Of a stretch of 61,570 bases of DNA, positions 35,304-43,511 are shown piece after piece; position 1 is the first letter of the stretch; each line of letters begins with the position of its first letter. The DNA is from a virus. A program made the position numbers and the translations under genes. Where the stretch lies: positions 1 to 61,570 of the IMG/VR virus record IMGVR_UViG_3300023223_000518. One strand, written 5' to 3'. The notes beneath the pieces are model-generated. The model did not search any database, was not told the origin of the DNA, and saw nothing but the letters and a program-made list of their open reading frames with translations.

Positions 35304-35941
35304 TCATCATCATTCTCGGAGCCGGCGCTTGCGGCATCGCTTCGTTCGTACATTTCCTGAATCAGCAACAATCAACGCTGATCTCGAAAGAACGCGGCCT
35401 CGAGGGAGCGGCGTGGTCTGGAGGTCTATCGCATGAACTGGATTTGTTCGACCATCTCGTCGCGGACCAAGTCAAGCGGCCGGATGCTGTCCACGGAGAC
35501 GCCGGGTTCTATCATCTGAACTATGTACACGAGTTGCATCAGCGATACGATGGGAAGATTCTTTTCGTTTCCCTTCAACGCGATACCGGCGAGACATTCG
35601 ATGATTGGTCGGGCGATCTCGCGAAATCTTGGAGCAACACGAATCCGCTTTGCGAATCGACGCCGATCTGCGGGCCGAACTTTAAGCCGTCTCCGCTCGC
35701 ACATCTGTACCCATCGATCGGAATCGGCGATCAAGAACTTGCGGCCGCTCACTACATTTCTATGTATGTCAGCGCGACACACTGGCTTGAAGAACAACTC
35801 GGCGGGCGGTTGATCCATCTCCCGACTTCGCTGCTTGATGATGAAGCGGGCCAGACGGATATCCTCGACGTGCTCGGGTATCCGGATGTAGGCCGAACGC
35901 TGATTCCCGGCGGCGTTGACGTTCACAAGGGCAAGGTCTGA
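35300..35941 (+). CDS. possible third sulfotransferase-like protein
   Basis: Weak motifs only: IIILGAGACG, ILFVSLQRDTGETFDDW, and a C-terminal LLDDEAGQTDILDVLGYPD. Confidence 0.3.
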   Translation: MIIIILGAGACGIASFVHFLNQQQSTLISKERGLEGAAWSGGLSHELDLFDHLVADQVKRPDAVHGDAGFYHLNYVHELHQRYDGKILFVSLQRDTGETFDDWSGDLAKSWSNTNPLCESTPICGPNFKPSPLAHLYPSIGIGDQELAAAHYISMYVSATHWLEEQLGGRLIHLPTSLLDDEAGQTDILDVLGYPDVGRTLIPGGVDVHKGKV

Positions 35942-36223
35942 TCAATCGCCTTGCCGCTTCACGCGAGCGGCTGTTGGTCCAGCATCTTCACCCGTAAGAT
36001 GGACCCGATGCTCGCATTGTTGCAAGGCAATTCGATATTGGTTGGCCGTGCATCTTTGCCACAGATACGTTCTGACTGCGTTGCGTGGCAATTCCGGAGC
36101 GTTAGCGAAGATTTCCTTATCAATCCCAACGGCCAGCGGAACATACTTTCCGAACGCGAGTGGGTAATGCGCTTTGAGAAAGGTGCTAATTTGATCGAGC
36201 TTCTTCTGTGGCACTTTTCGCAT
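35942..36223 (-). CDS. ProQ/FinO-domain RNA-binding protein
   Basis: 93 aa. ISTFLKAHYPLAFGKYVPLAVGIDKEIF...NAVRTYLWQRCTANQYRIAL...HRVHLTGEDAG follows the FLxxxFPxxF..PLxIGIxxD(L/I)...LRxxLxxYTxxxxY...RxDLxG pattern of the ProQ N-terminal domain. The ATG lies 1 nt after the upstream stop. Confidence 0.65.
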   Translation of the reverse strand: MRKVPQKKLDQISTFLKAHYPLAFGKYVPLAVGIDKEIFANAPELPRNAVRTYLWQRCTANQYRIALQQCEHRVHLTGEDAGPTAARVKRQGD

Positions 36224-36224
36224 T

Positions 36225-36449
36225 TCATCGACCTGCGATGTCGAACTCAATACCATTGGCATTGACCGGACTGGAAAAAAAACTAATCGCTTCCGCAAGT
36301 TTGTTGAAGTGCTCGACGGCCTGTTGATTCTCCAGACCTACGAATATTGAACCGTGCGCCGGGTCCATCTCAGAAATGGTTCCATCAGAAAGATGCACGC
36401 GAATCTGCTGAAGTTCGCTGATCTTGATTCTAAGAAACGCTTTATTCAT
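36225..36449 (-). CDS. hypothetical protein (74 aa)
   Basis: Middle gene of the minus-strand operon. ATGA-coupled to 36446..36643. Confidence 0.5.
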   Translation of the reverse strand: MNKAFLRIKISELQQIRVHLSDGTISEMDPAHGSIFVGLENQQAVEHFNKLAEAISFFSSPVNANGIEFDIAGR

Positions 36450-36643
36450 TCGATGACCGGTAGAGGAACCAAACGTCTGAGCTTACAAGGAATCGCTTCA
36501 TGCGCCACACGCATTTCGGAAAGCCGCTGTTGCAACAACTTGTTGGCATTCTGGCTTATCATATCGACTTTTTGCTTTTGAATGTGGGCTTCCTTCGCCG
36601 CTTCGACAGTTCCCACAAGCTCGGCTATGAGTTTGATTGTCAT
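36446..36643 (-). CDS. hypothetical helical protein (65 aa)
   Basis: First gene of the minus-strand operon. No SD. A promoter-like element lies immediately upstream, so the mRNA may be leaderless. Confidence 0.45.
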   Translation of the reverse strand: MTIKLIAELVGTVEAAKEAHIQKQKVDMISQNANKLLQQRLSEMRVAHEAIPCKLRRLVPLPVIE

Positions 36644-36649
36644 ACGGAA

Positions 36650-36678
36650 ATGTTACATAACCCGGCGCGTCGCTTCAA
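36650..36678 (-). promoter_or_regulatory. candidate promoter of the minus-strand operon
   Basis: On the minus strand: TTGAAG (36678-36673), 17-nt spacer, TAACAT (36655-36650), ending 6 nt before the ATG. Confidence 0.3.
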
Positions 36679-36826
36679 GATGCGACTTAGCGATTGCCGA
36701 TCTCGGCATCATCTGCACCCCACAACATCTTGCGCTTTTAATCTCATCAGGCACAAGATGCGGCCTTCCTCTCCCCGTCTATTGACATTCCCGCCAGATC
36801 TTGCGATTGATGTCGGCGCATAAAAA

Positions 36827-36864
36827 GAGCGGCCGCAAATGTTTTGGTAGAACTGCGGCCGCTC
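36827..36864 (-). terminator. Rho-independent terminator for minus-strand transcription
   Basis: GAGCGGCCGCA (36827-36837) pairs with TGCGGCCGCTC (36854-36864). On the minus strand the hairpin is followed by TTTTTA (complement of 36821-36826). Confidence 0.65.
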
Positions 36865-37402
36865 GCGTGCAAAGGTGTTTCGAACGATGCCAATGATCCC
36901 AAAAACGGACACGGAACGCAATGCCGATATCGGCTTTCGTTCAGGTTTTCCCGTTTCCCAGCGATCAGCCTCATCGCGAGAGCGGACCGGCGGAGAGTCG
37001 CCGGGAGATCAGAACTGGTATGGTAGCCAAACCATGCACGGGCAAAGGAATCGCGCTTCCCGCAACGCGATGTTCGTAGCGATTGGACCTCAAGACAAAA
37101 CACCGCTCTGTCACCCTGCAACGGTGTCCTGCCCCGAATTACAATCGCGATCTCGCCGTCAATCTTTCGCGCGCATCAAAGCTGACCGAACCGTTTCTTC
37201 CAAAGCGCGACGCCAGATCGCGCGCAAAATTGCCAGTTCTCGATACGCTCTTGCATTCGATTCCGATATGTATCTGTTTTGGTGGATTGGGAATCGGTGA
37301 GAATGCGAGAATCGCCCGGATCGCTTTGAAGGCGACCGGACGACTCGCATCAAGATAATCGAACTGTTGGATGGGGCAGGTAATTGGGGCGGTTGCGCGC
37401 TA

Positions 37403-37431
37403 TTGCATGAAACGCGATTGCTGATTATGAT
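37403..37431 (+). promoter_or_regulatory. candidate sigma70-like rightward (early?) promoter
   Basis: TTGCAT (37403-37408), 17-nt spacer, TATGAT (37426-37431), 64 nt upstream of the ATG at 37495. Confidence 0.4.
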
Positions 37432-37494
37432 TCACCGCGTAAACCCCTCGCCATAACGGCAGGGCATCTCTTTCAAACCGGAGGGTGATCAATC

Positions 37495-37797
37495 ATGGAC
37501 GCTCATTTGATTGGTGCTATCGGTGTTCTCACCGTCGTCGCGATCGAGCAACGCGACCGCTTTCGAAGCACGATGACAGTCGCCATCGTAAAACGTGCAT
37601 CTGACATTACGACGCTCGTCATTGTGTTCGTAGCATACTCTATTTCTATCGGAGCATTTCTGGAGGGACTTAGGTACGGTTTGTCTTTACTCTTCCAGAT
37701 TTCGTATGGCACCCCAGATTTTACGGGCCTCGGACTCGTCGTATTCGTGATATCAACAATCGCGACGTTGCCGCATTGCATGAAACGGGATATCTGA
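37495..37797 (+). CDS. membrane protein (100 aa)
   Basis: Three hydrophobic segments. GGAGGGTGATC SD. Confidence 0.55.
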   Translation: MDAHLIGAIGVLTVVAIEQRDRFRSTMTVAIVKRASDITTLVIVFVAYSISIGAFLEGLRYGLSLLFQISYGTPDFTGLGLVVFVISTIATLPHCMKRDI

Positions 37798-37969
37798 TAT
37801 GATTCGACGCGCCGGCAACAGCGTGTCCGCCGGCCACGTCGCCGGGTTTACAATTCCACTTTCACCTTTAACGAAACTGCTATTGCAAAACGACTGAACC
37901 CAGGGAAGGGGCATTTCAAACCACCCGGCGACGTTTTTAGTTCTTTCAATTTCCGATCGGAGACGATGA

Positions 37970-38179
37970 ATGAATGATGCAACATTACTGGAACTAGCCG
38001 ATCGATGGGACAAAGAGTCAGAGACACCCGAAACTACGGATGGATCGGATGAAGCGAAGGTACCGAATGCCGTTGACCAGGGGCATCGTGAGTGCAAGCG
38101 CGAGTGTGCTGACACGCTGCGAACGCTCATCGAAATTCTTGGAACGCCGGTGGGCATGACTTCACGCTCGCAAGCGTGA
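37970..38179 (+). CDS. hypothetical acidic protein (69 aa)
   Basis: ORF with GGAGACG upstream. Confidence 0.45.
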   Translation: MNDATLLELADRWDKESETPETTDGSDEAKVPNAVDQGHRECKRECADTLRTLIEILGTPVGMTSRSQA

Positions 38180-38317
38180 TCTGAGCCGGATCACTCGAAT
38201 GGCCGGAAGCGATCCGCCGGCGAGAATATCCGGCTCCTTATGATCGGGTTGTCGTGTGACACGAATTGCGATATCTTCTGCGCTCCGGTTGCATTGCATG
38301 AAATGAGAAATCACCCG

Positions 38318-38740
38318 ATGGCAAAAAAGAACTCGAAGAACTCGAAGAAGTCGAAGAAGTCGAAGAAGTCGAAGCCGGCCCTCGCGAAGATGTTCTATCG
38401 CTGGCCTCAAGACTGGAGGGACGCGGCGGATGATCTGAAAGACGACGATGAAACGATGGTTCAATTCCTGTTGTCGATCTTGCGCCCGATACTCGAGGGG
38501 AAAGTCAAACTTGTACGAGACGAGAATCGGCGCGTCATCGAATATAAAACGCGACCCCGAAGAATCGCCAGGCTGTCAGAACCTCAGACAGGCATCGGAC
38601 GCAAGCCCGACAACGCAAGAGCCGCGGAGATGTATGCCCACTTCAAGAGATCGAAAAGCATCGCGGAGACAGCGCAGCACTTCGGATGCGTCCCGTCGAA
38701 TGTACGGCGGATATTCACACGCTGCGAATACGACTTCTAA
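38318..38740 (+). CDS. DNA-binding protein with K/S-rich N-terminus and C-terminal HTH
   Basis: N-terminus MAKKNSKNSKKSKKSKKSK. C-terminal KSIAETAQHFGCVPSNVRRIF resembles a resolvase or sigma region 4 HTH. Confidence 0.55.
   Translation: MAKKNSKNSKKSKKSKKSKPALAKMFYRWPQDWRDAADDLKDDDETMVQFLLSILRPILEGKVKLVRDENRRVIEYKTRPRRIARLSEPQTGIGRKPDNARAAEMYAHFKRSKSIAETAQHFGCVPSNVRRIFTRCEYDF
38327..38374 (+). repeat. 9-bp tandem repeat x5.3 (AAGAA[C/G]TCG)
   Basis: aagaactcg aagaactcg aagaagtcg aagaagtcg aagaagtcg aag, encoding (KNS)2(KKS)3K. Confidence 0.9.
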
Positions 38741-38751
38741 GGAGGGAACCC

Positions 38752-38931
38752 GTGTTAGTCCTGTCGAGAAAACGGAACGAATCGATCATCATCGCCGAGA
38801 ACATCGTCATCACCGTGGTTGAGGTCCGCGGCGATAAGGTCCGGCTCGGCATTGAAGCGCCCCGCGAAATCTCGATCCATCGATCAGAGGTTTTTGACGC
38901 AATCCGAAAAGAACTCGCAGCGAGCGCTTGA
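38752..38931 (+). CDS. csrA: carbon storage regulator CsrA/RsmA homologue
   Basis: GTG start, 5 nt after an AAGGAGGGA SD. (M)LVLSRKRNESIIIAENIVITVVEVRGDKVRLGIEAPREISIHRSEVFDAIRKE aligns along its whole length with E. coli CsrA ([52 protein letters not shown]). Confidence 0.85.
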   Translation: MLVLSRKRNESIIIAENIVITVVEVRGDKVRLGIEAPREISIHRSEVFDAIRKELAASA

Positions 38932-39221
38932 CCGATATCGCATTTCATGCCATGATAGGGCATCGGATCATTATTGATTCGATGCTCTTCTCTTGCGCGG
39001 GTGATAACAGCGATGAAAAAGGCAGCGTTCTTTCAAGCGTGTGGCGGAGCGATCTTCGGCGTTACTGCTCCGCGGATCGAATGGGGCGAACACCCAACTC
39101 TTCACTTTTATCGGGTCACACTTCATGGCAGGCGCAGAAGCGGAATGACCGAACTTCAACTTTACAAACCGAATCAACGCGACATGTTTCTATCAGGCGG
39201 ATCGAGCCGGGTTCAGGAGTT

Positions 39222-39479
39222 ATGCAAAAGAGAGGCGAGCAAATACCGGAGATGGCTGAAAGAATGGCAAAACAAACAATGATGACCACCACCGAGATCG
39301 CAAGAATCATGACAGAGCGCGGCGAGCCGATCACGGCATCCGGCGTGCGGTTCGTTATCGCGAGAGCGCTCGACAAGATGCGAGCGGCGTATGCTCTCGC
39401 CGATGAAGATGGATTCCCCGGCGAGACGCGGCGCATTGTGCCGCATAGAAGGAATCGGAAGCGATACCGATCATGCTAG
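39222..39479 (+). CDS. sigma region 4-like / HTH protein (start uncertain)
   Basis: Contains TTTEIARIMTERGEPITASGVRFVIARALDKMR. The upstream part of track ORF 38928..39479 does not look protein-like. Confidence 0.45.
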   Translation: MQKRGEQIPEMAERMAKQTMMTTTEIARIMTERGEPITASGVRFVIARALDKMRAAYALADEDGFPGETRRIVPHRRNRKRYRSC

Positions 39480-39694
39480 ACGGTCACCATAAATGTCCTG
39501 TTGACGGATGCCAGCGGCTGATTAAGGATCGATTCGCATTCTGTCATACCCACTGGTACAAGCTGACTGACGACGAGCGTGCGGCTGTTTGGAGATCGTA
39601 TCACAAGCACGGAGCCGGCACGGCAGAGCACTTCGCTACGCTTAGCATGATGGCGGAGCGAATCGACCTACGGCAACGGAGATCGATTGGATGA
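39473..39694 (+). CDS. zinc-finger small protein (73 aa)
   Basis: Contains HHKCPVDGC...FCHTH. Confidence 0.5.
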   Translation: MLDGHHKCPVDGCQRLIKDRFAFCHTHWYKLTDDERAAVWRSYHKHGAGTAEHFATLSMMAERIDLRQRRSIG

Positions 39695-40509
39695 ATGATC
39701 AGAAACCCCACTTGAGCGCGACACAATTGAATCTGGCTTCGATGTGCGGAGAGGCATACCGCCGGCGATACATCGAAGGTGATAAGCTTCCGCCGGGCGT
39801 GGCGATGATTCGCGGCAAGAGCGTACATCATGCGGCCGCAGAGAACTTCACGCAAAAGATTGAATCTCACGAAGATTTGCCTCGAGCTGACATCGTCGAT
39901 CAAGCCGTTTCGAAATTCGATCTCGAATGCAAAGGCGGCTATGAACTCACTGGCGACGAGAAGGGCCGCAAGCCGGCGGATGTCCTGGACGATGCGCGCG
40001 ATGACGTTCGCGAGTTCGCCGATCTGCATGCACGGGATCAAGCGCCGGATTATCAACCGGCGTATGTGGAAGAACAGTTCCGGATCGAATTGCCGGGCTC
40101 GCACGACTTCGTCGGCATCATCGATCTGGCGACGGAAGACAAGACCGTTGCCGATCTCAAGACGACGAAGAAATCGCAGAATCAATCGGCCGCTGATCAA
40201 TCGGTTCAATTGACCGGCTATGCTGCCGGATACAAAGCGATCACCGGCGATCCGCCCAACCTTATTCAACTGGACGTTGCCGTCGTTCTGAAGACCAAGA
40301 CGAAGCGTGATGTTTTCAAGACGCATCGCACGCCCGCGGACTTCGCGGAACTCGCGGCGCGCACGAACGCACTGATCGGTGCGATCCAAGCCGGTGTCTT
40401 CATTCCGATCGAACCGAACCATTGGAAGTGTTCGGAGAAGTGGTGCGGATTTCATGCCACTTGTCCATATACGCAAGGCGTGCGGAGCCGTGCAACGCAA
40501 AACGACTGA
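39691..40509 (+). CDS. PD-(D/E)XK nuclease, Cas4/RecB-like exonuclease
   Basis: Contains GIIDLATEDKTVADLKTTKKS, QLTGYA, an N-terminal MCGEAY and a C-terminal CSEKWCGFHATC Cys cluster. GGAGATCGAT (39678-39687) lies 3 nt upstream of the ATG. Confidence 0.7.
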   Translation: MNDQKPHLSATQLNLASMCGEAYRRRYIEGDKLPPGVAMIRGKSVHHAAAENFTQKIESHEDLPRADIVDQAVSKFDLECKGGYELTGDEKGRKPADVLDDARDDVREFADLHARDQAPDYQPAYVEEQFRIELPGSHDFVGIIDLATEDKTVADLKTTKKSQNQSAADQSVQLTGYAAGYKAITGDPPNLIQLDVAVVLKTKTKRDVFKTHRTPADFAELAARTNALIGAIQAGVFIPIEPNHWKCSEKWCGFHATCPYTQGVRSRATQND

Positions 40510-40598
40510 CCTTCCCCCGCGCGGCGACGATGCCGGTTGCTTGCACGTTCCGGCCCAACAGCCGTCGCCGCGCTTCATTCTTTTTGGAGATCGACACG

Positions 40599-41441
40599 AT
40601 GGTGGATGCGACAACTGCTTATCGATACTTGGCATCACTGGCAGAGAAAGTTTCTTTCGATCTTGAGATCGTTTCTCCATCGGCGCATTGCGTGCAGGTT
40701 GTTTGCCCCGAAGCAAAGTTGATCCTGGGTTACTACCCATCGAAAGCCTCGTACAACTTTCAGGGAGCGGCGGTGGCGAAAGATCGGAAGGCGCAAAAAG
40801 CGAAACGCGGCAAGTCGATTGATGACGCGTTCTCAGCATTCATCAACAGATGCGGGAAGATCAGGGAGATCAGCGCGCGTGAGGCGGCGATCGTCCACTG
40901 CCCCGGGTGCCGATGCGTGCTCTACGATCTTGCGGCGCGCGATGGCTGGTGCACGAACTGCAATCCGGCGAACAGGACGCAGAGTCCCGAAGATTACGGC
41001 TCTGGAACGGAAAAACCGGCAGAGCGGAAATGGAACATGTTCGACCCAGAAGCGTCGCGAGCGGAACCGCGCAACCTTCCACTGCAACCGGAGCCGAAGT
41101 CTGAGCATGCATTCGTCATTCGGACAATGCACCGGCCGCATTTGTACTTATCGTGCACCTGTCCGCCACCGGGTAGCGGTTATTGCTGGCGAACGCAATT
41201 GGCGCTAGCGATCCAATTTCTACGAAAGGACGATGCGAAGTCAATCGGTCTAATACAAGGCGATCCGTTTACAATCTGCCCACTGCAACACAAGACAGAA
41301 TATCCTCACAGCCACGCCGATTACCTCGAACTCGCACGCGACGAATTGGTTCAATTACAGAAACTCTACTGCGATGCGATCGGGGTCACACAATCGATAA
41401 ATGGCGTTGCGCAGATCATCGATTTCATATTGCGTGATTGA
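40599..41441 (+). CDS. hypothetical protein with zinc ribbon (280 aa)
   Basis: GGAGATCGAC (40586-40595) lies 3 nt upstream of an internal ATG of track ORF 40422..41441. Contains CPGC...CTNC. Confidence 0.5.
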   Translation: MVDATTAYRYLASLAEKVSFDLEIVSPSAHCVQVVCPEAKLILGYYPSKASYNFQGAAVAKDRKAQKAKRGKSIDDAFSAFINRCGKIREISAREAAIVHCPGCRCVLYDLAARDGWCTNCNPANRTQSPEDYGSGTEKPAERKWNMFDPEASRAEPRNLPLQPEPKSEHAFVIRTMHRPHLYLSCTCPPPGSGYCWRTQLALAIQFLRKDDAKSIGLIQGDPFTICPLQHKTEYPHSHADYLELARDELVQLQKLYCDAIGVTQSINGVAQIIDFILRD

Positions 41442-41521
41442 CGACGAGCATGAAATGAGATATCGTTTCGAGCGGCGAAAGCGCCGCTCATCTCTTACAC
41501 CTGATTCAAGGGAGATCGACC

Positions 41522-43390
41522 ATGAATCAACCCATCGATTCTGAAGTTGTTGAGAAGACAGAGATCATTCCAGATGCGATCTTGCAGGCCAGAGCGCTAG
41601 CGGAACTGCCCCCGAATCTCGCAATGATCCGGATGGAGAATGATCAAATATTCTCGCTTGCCGCGGCGCATCCCCGCAATCACGAAGCGATCAAAGCAGA
41701 TATTGTTGCGCAATTGATGGCGTATCCGTCGTTCGCACAAGCGGCCGTCTATCAGAAGCCGGTGGGAACAAAGCCGGCGACGTGCCGGAAATGCCAAACG
41801 GAGATGTCGGTAAAAAAGGGCGATCCACCTCCGAAGCAATGCGCGAAGCCGGGATGCGAGAGCACGAGCATCGACCCCGGTGGAATGCAGTACGCGAGCG
41901 GTTTATCGATTCGAGCCGCGGAAGCGCTCGCGGCGGCTTATGGATTCAATAGCATCGAAGCCGACGAAGAAATCATCGACGACGATCATGTCAAAGTGAC
42001 CGCGACGTTCATTGACTACCAGCGCGGCCGTCGATGGAAAGACTCCGGAATCGTCTCGAAAGTATTCCGCGGCGCTGGCGGGACGATGCGGCGTCATTCT
42101 GACGATCGCTTCCATTCGATCGTGATCAAAGCGGAGAAATCGAGGCGCATCCGCGAAGTGGTATCGCGGAGCGTTCCGCCGGGGCTGCGTGAAGAACTCC
42201 TGATCTGCGCTCGACGGCAAGCGATGACGCTTCTCACTGATGAAGTCGTTGAACAAATCGTGAATTACTTTGCCGGCAAGGGCGTCACGCTGGAACAGGT
42301 CGAATCGCATCTCGGTAAGTACCGGAAAGACTGGACCAAAGATGATCGAGCGACGCTCGCCGCGATCAAGACCGCCGTGGAAGACGGCGATACCTCTATC
42401 TGGGAAGTTTTCGAGCGAGATGATCAGCCCGGCAACGGAGGATCGAAGCAACCGCCCGGCGACGTCAAGCCGGAATCATTCGAGAATCCGAAGAACGGCG
42501 GAACGACGCCGGGCCGATCGATAATGTGGAAGTGTTTCACTTGCACATTTGAGTTCACATCAGACACACAGCCGAAAGGTTGCCCCGAATGCGGAGAGAT
42601 CGATTGTCGCGTCGCGGCAGCGGACTCCAAGACGCCGGTGGATTCGTCCGATGCATCCGCCCCATCCGGCGGAGATCGCGTCGAGACAGCCGCACAAGAG
42701 CCGGAGCGGGTCGCAATTTCGCTCGGCTCGCAACCTCCGGTATTTCCGACCAAAAAGCAATTCGTCAAGGATGCCGCGCGGCTCGTGCGGCTTGGGTTGC
42801 CTCAATTCGAGATCGACGGGAAGCTGAAAGCCGTCGAGTACATCGCCGAGTATGGCCGTCTGTGGCGTTTGGTCTCAGGAGCGACTGAACCATCGGCTCC
42901 GGAACGGCAAGCCGATCCTGATGCATCCTCGCAAGCCTCAGAGCAAACCGCGGAGACGCCGGACGCAGGGCACACAACTGATGTTGCTCGCGAGCGGGCT
43001 GATGATGCAAAAGCGCAATCTGATAACGATCGATTCTGGGAAGAAATCGGGGAATCGAACACGGGGCATCAACTCGACCATATTGCAGATATGGCGTATG
43101 AATCATTTGGGTCGACTGAGATGCGATCGATCGACGGACCGGAACATACAGCAATCATCACAGCGATCGCCGCGCGACGCGGAGACTTGCTCGCCGCGGA
43201 ATCCCCGAAAGGCACATCCGATCTGGCCGACATCGCCGCGTTCCGCGAAGCAATCAAGACGGCCAGCAAATCACAACTGCAGACGATCCAACAAGAAACG
43301 AATCGGGCATTGCAAGACAATCGGCTCGACATGTTAGGATTCACGGAAGCGATGACTCTGATCGACAAACGAAAGAAAGCGTTGAGGTAG
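41522..43390 (+). CDS. large DNA-metabolism protein, possible single-strand annealing protein with zinc-ribbon insertions and acidic tail
   Basis: 622 aa. GGGAGATCGAC (41510-41520) lies 1 nt upstream of the ATG. RecT-like impression around GLSIRAAEALAAAYGF. Neighbours an exonuclease and RusA. The function call is weak. Confidence 0.35.
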   Translation: MNQPIDSEVVEKTEIIPDAILQARALAELPPNLAMIRMENDQIFSLAAAHPRNHEAIKADIVAQLMAYPSFAQAAVYQKPVGTKPATCRKCQTEMSVKKGDPPPKQCAKPGCESTSIDPGGMQYASGLSIRAAEALAAAYGFNSIEADEEIIDDDHVKVTATFIDYQRGRRWKDSGIVSKVFRGAGGTMRRHSDDRFHSIVIKAEKSRRIREVVSRSVPPGLREELLICARRQAMTLLTDEVVEQIVNYFAGKGVTLEQVESHLGKYRKDWTKDDRATLAAIKTAVEDGDTSIWEVFERDDQPGNGGSKQPPGDVKPESFENPKNGGTTPGRSIMWKCFTCTFEFTSDTQPKGCPECGEIDCRVAAADSKTPVDSSDASAPSGGDRVETAAQEPERVAISLGSQPPVFPTKKQFVKDAARLVRLGLPQFEIDGKLKAVEYIAEYGRLWRLVSGATEPSAPERQADPDASSQASEQTAETPDAGHTTDVARERADDAKAQSDNDRFWEEIGESNTGHQLDHIADMAYESFGSTEMRSIDGPEHTAIITAIAARRGDLLAAESPKGTSDLADIAAFREAIKTASKSQLQTIQQETNRALQDNRLDMLGFTEAMTLIDKRKKALR

Positions 43391-43451
43391 CGATCTCCCT
43401 TGCCCGGCGGGATTGTGCCGGGTAGCGGCGTACCAAGCGCAGTGCATCGGG

Positions 43452-43482
43452 GCGGCCGCGGAGGATCGCGGCCGCTCTTTTT
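43452..43482 (+). terminator. Rho-independent terminator
   Basis: GCGGCCGCG (43452-43460) pairs with CGCGGCCGC (43467-43475), with a 6-nt loop, followed by TCTTTTT. Confidence 0.75.
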
Positions 43483-43511
43483 CAAGTTTTCCTAACGGAG
43501 AAAGCAGATCG

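Noticed and set aside
36875-37300. 141-aa plus-strand ORF, with 36747..37121(-) and 37159..37353(-), in the control region.
   Set aside because: Compositionally non-protein-like, with no SD or start element. One crosses the 36827-36864 terminator. The region is treated as non-coding.
38932-39221. 290-nt apparently non-coding gap downstream of csrA, considered as a CsrB/RsmZ-like GGA-rich sponge RNA.
   Set aside because: There are only six GGA triplets, about what composition predicts, with no obvious repeated stem-loops presenting them. Not supportable without folding or expression data.
39601-40839. Long minus-strand ORFs: 412 aa here, plus 44556..45851 (431 aa), 3966..4904 (312 aa), 16841..17788 (315 aa) and many shorter ones.
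   Set aside because: They lie antisense to plus-strand genes that have recognisable domains. Their products are R/S/P-rich and low-complexity, and they lack SDs. They look like shadow ORFs typical of GC-rich DNA.
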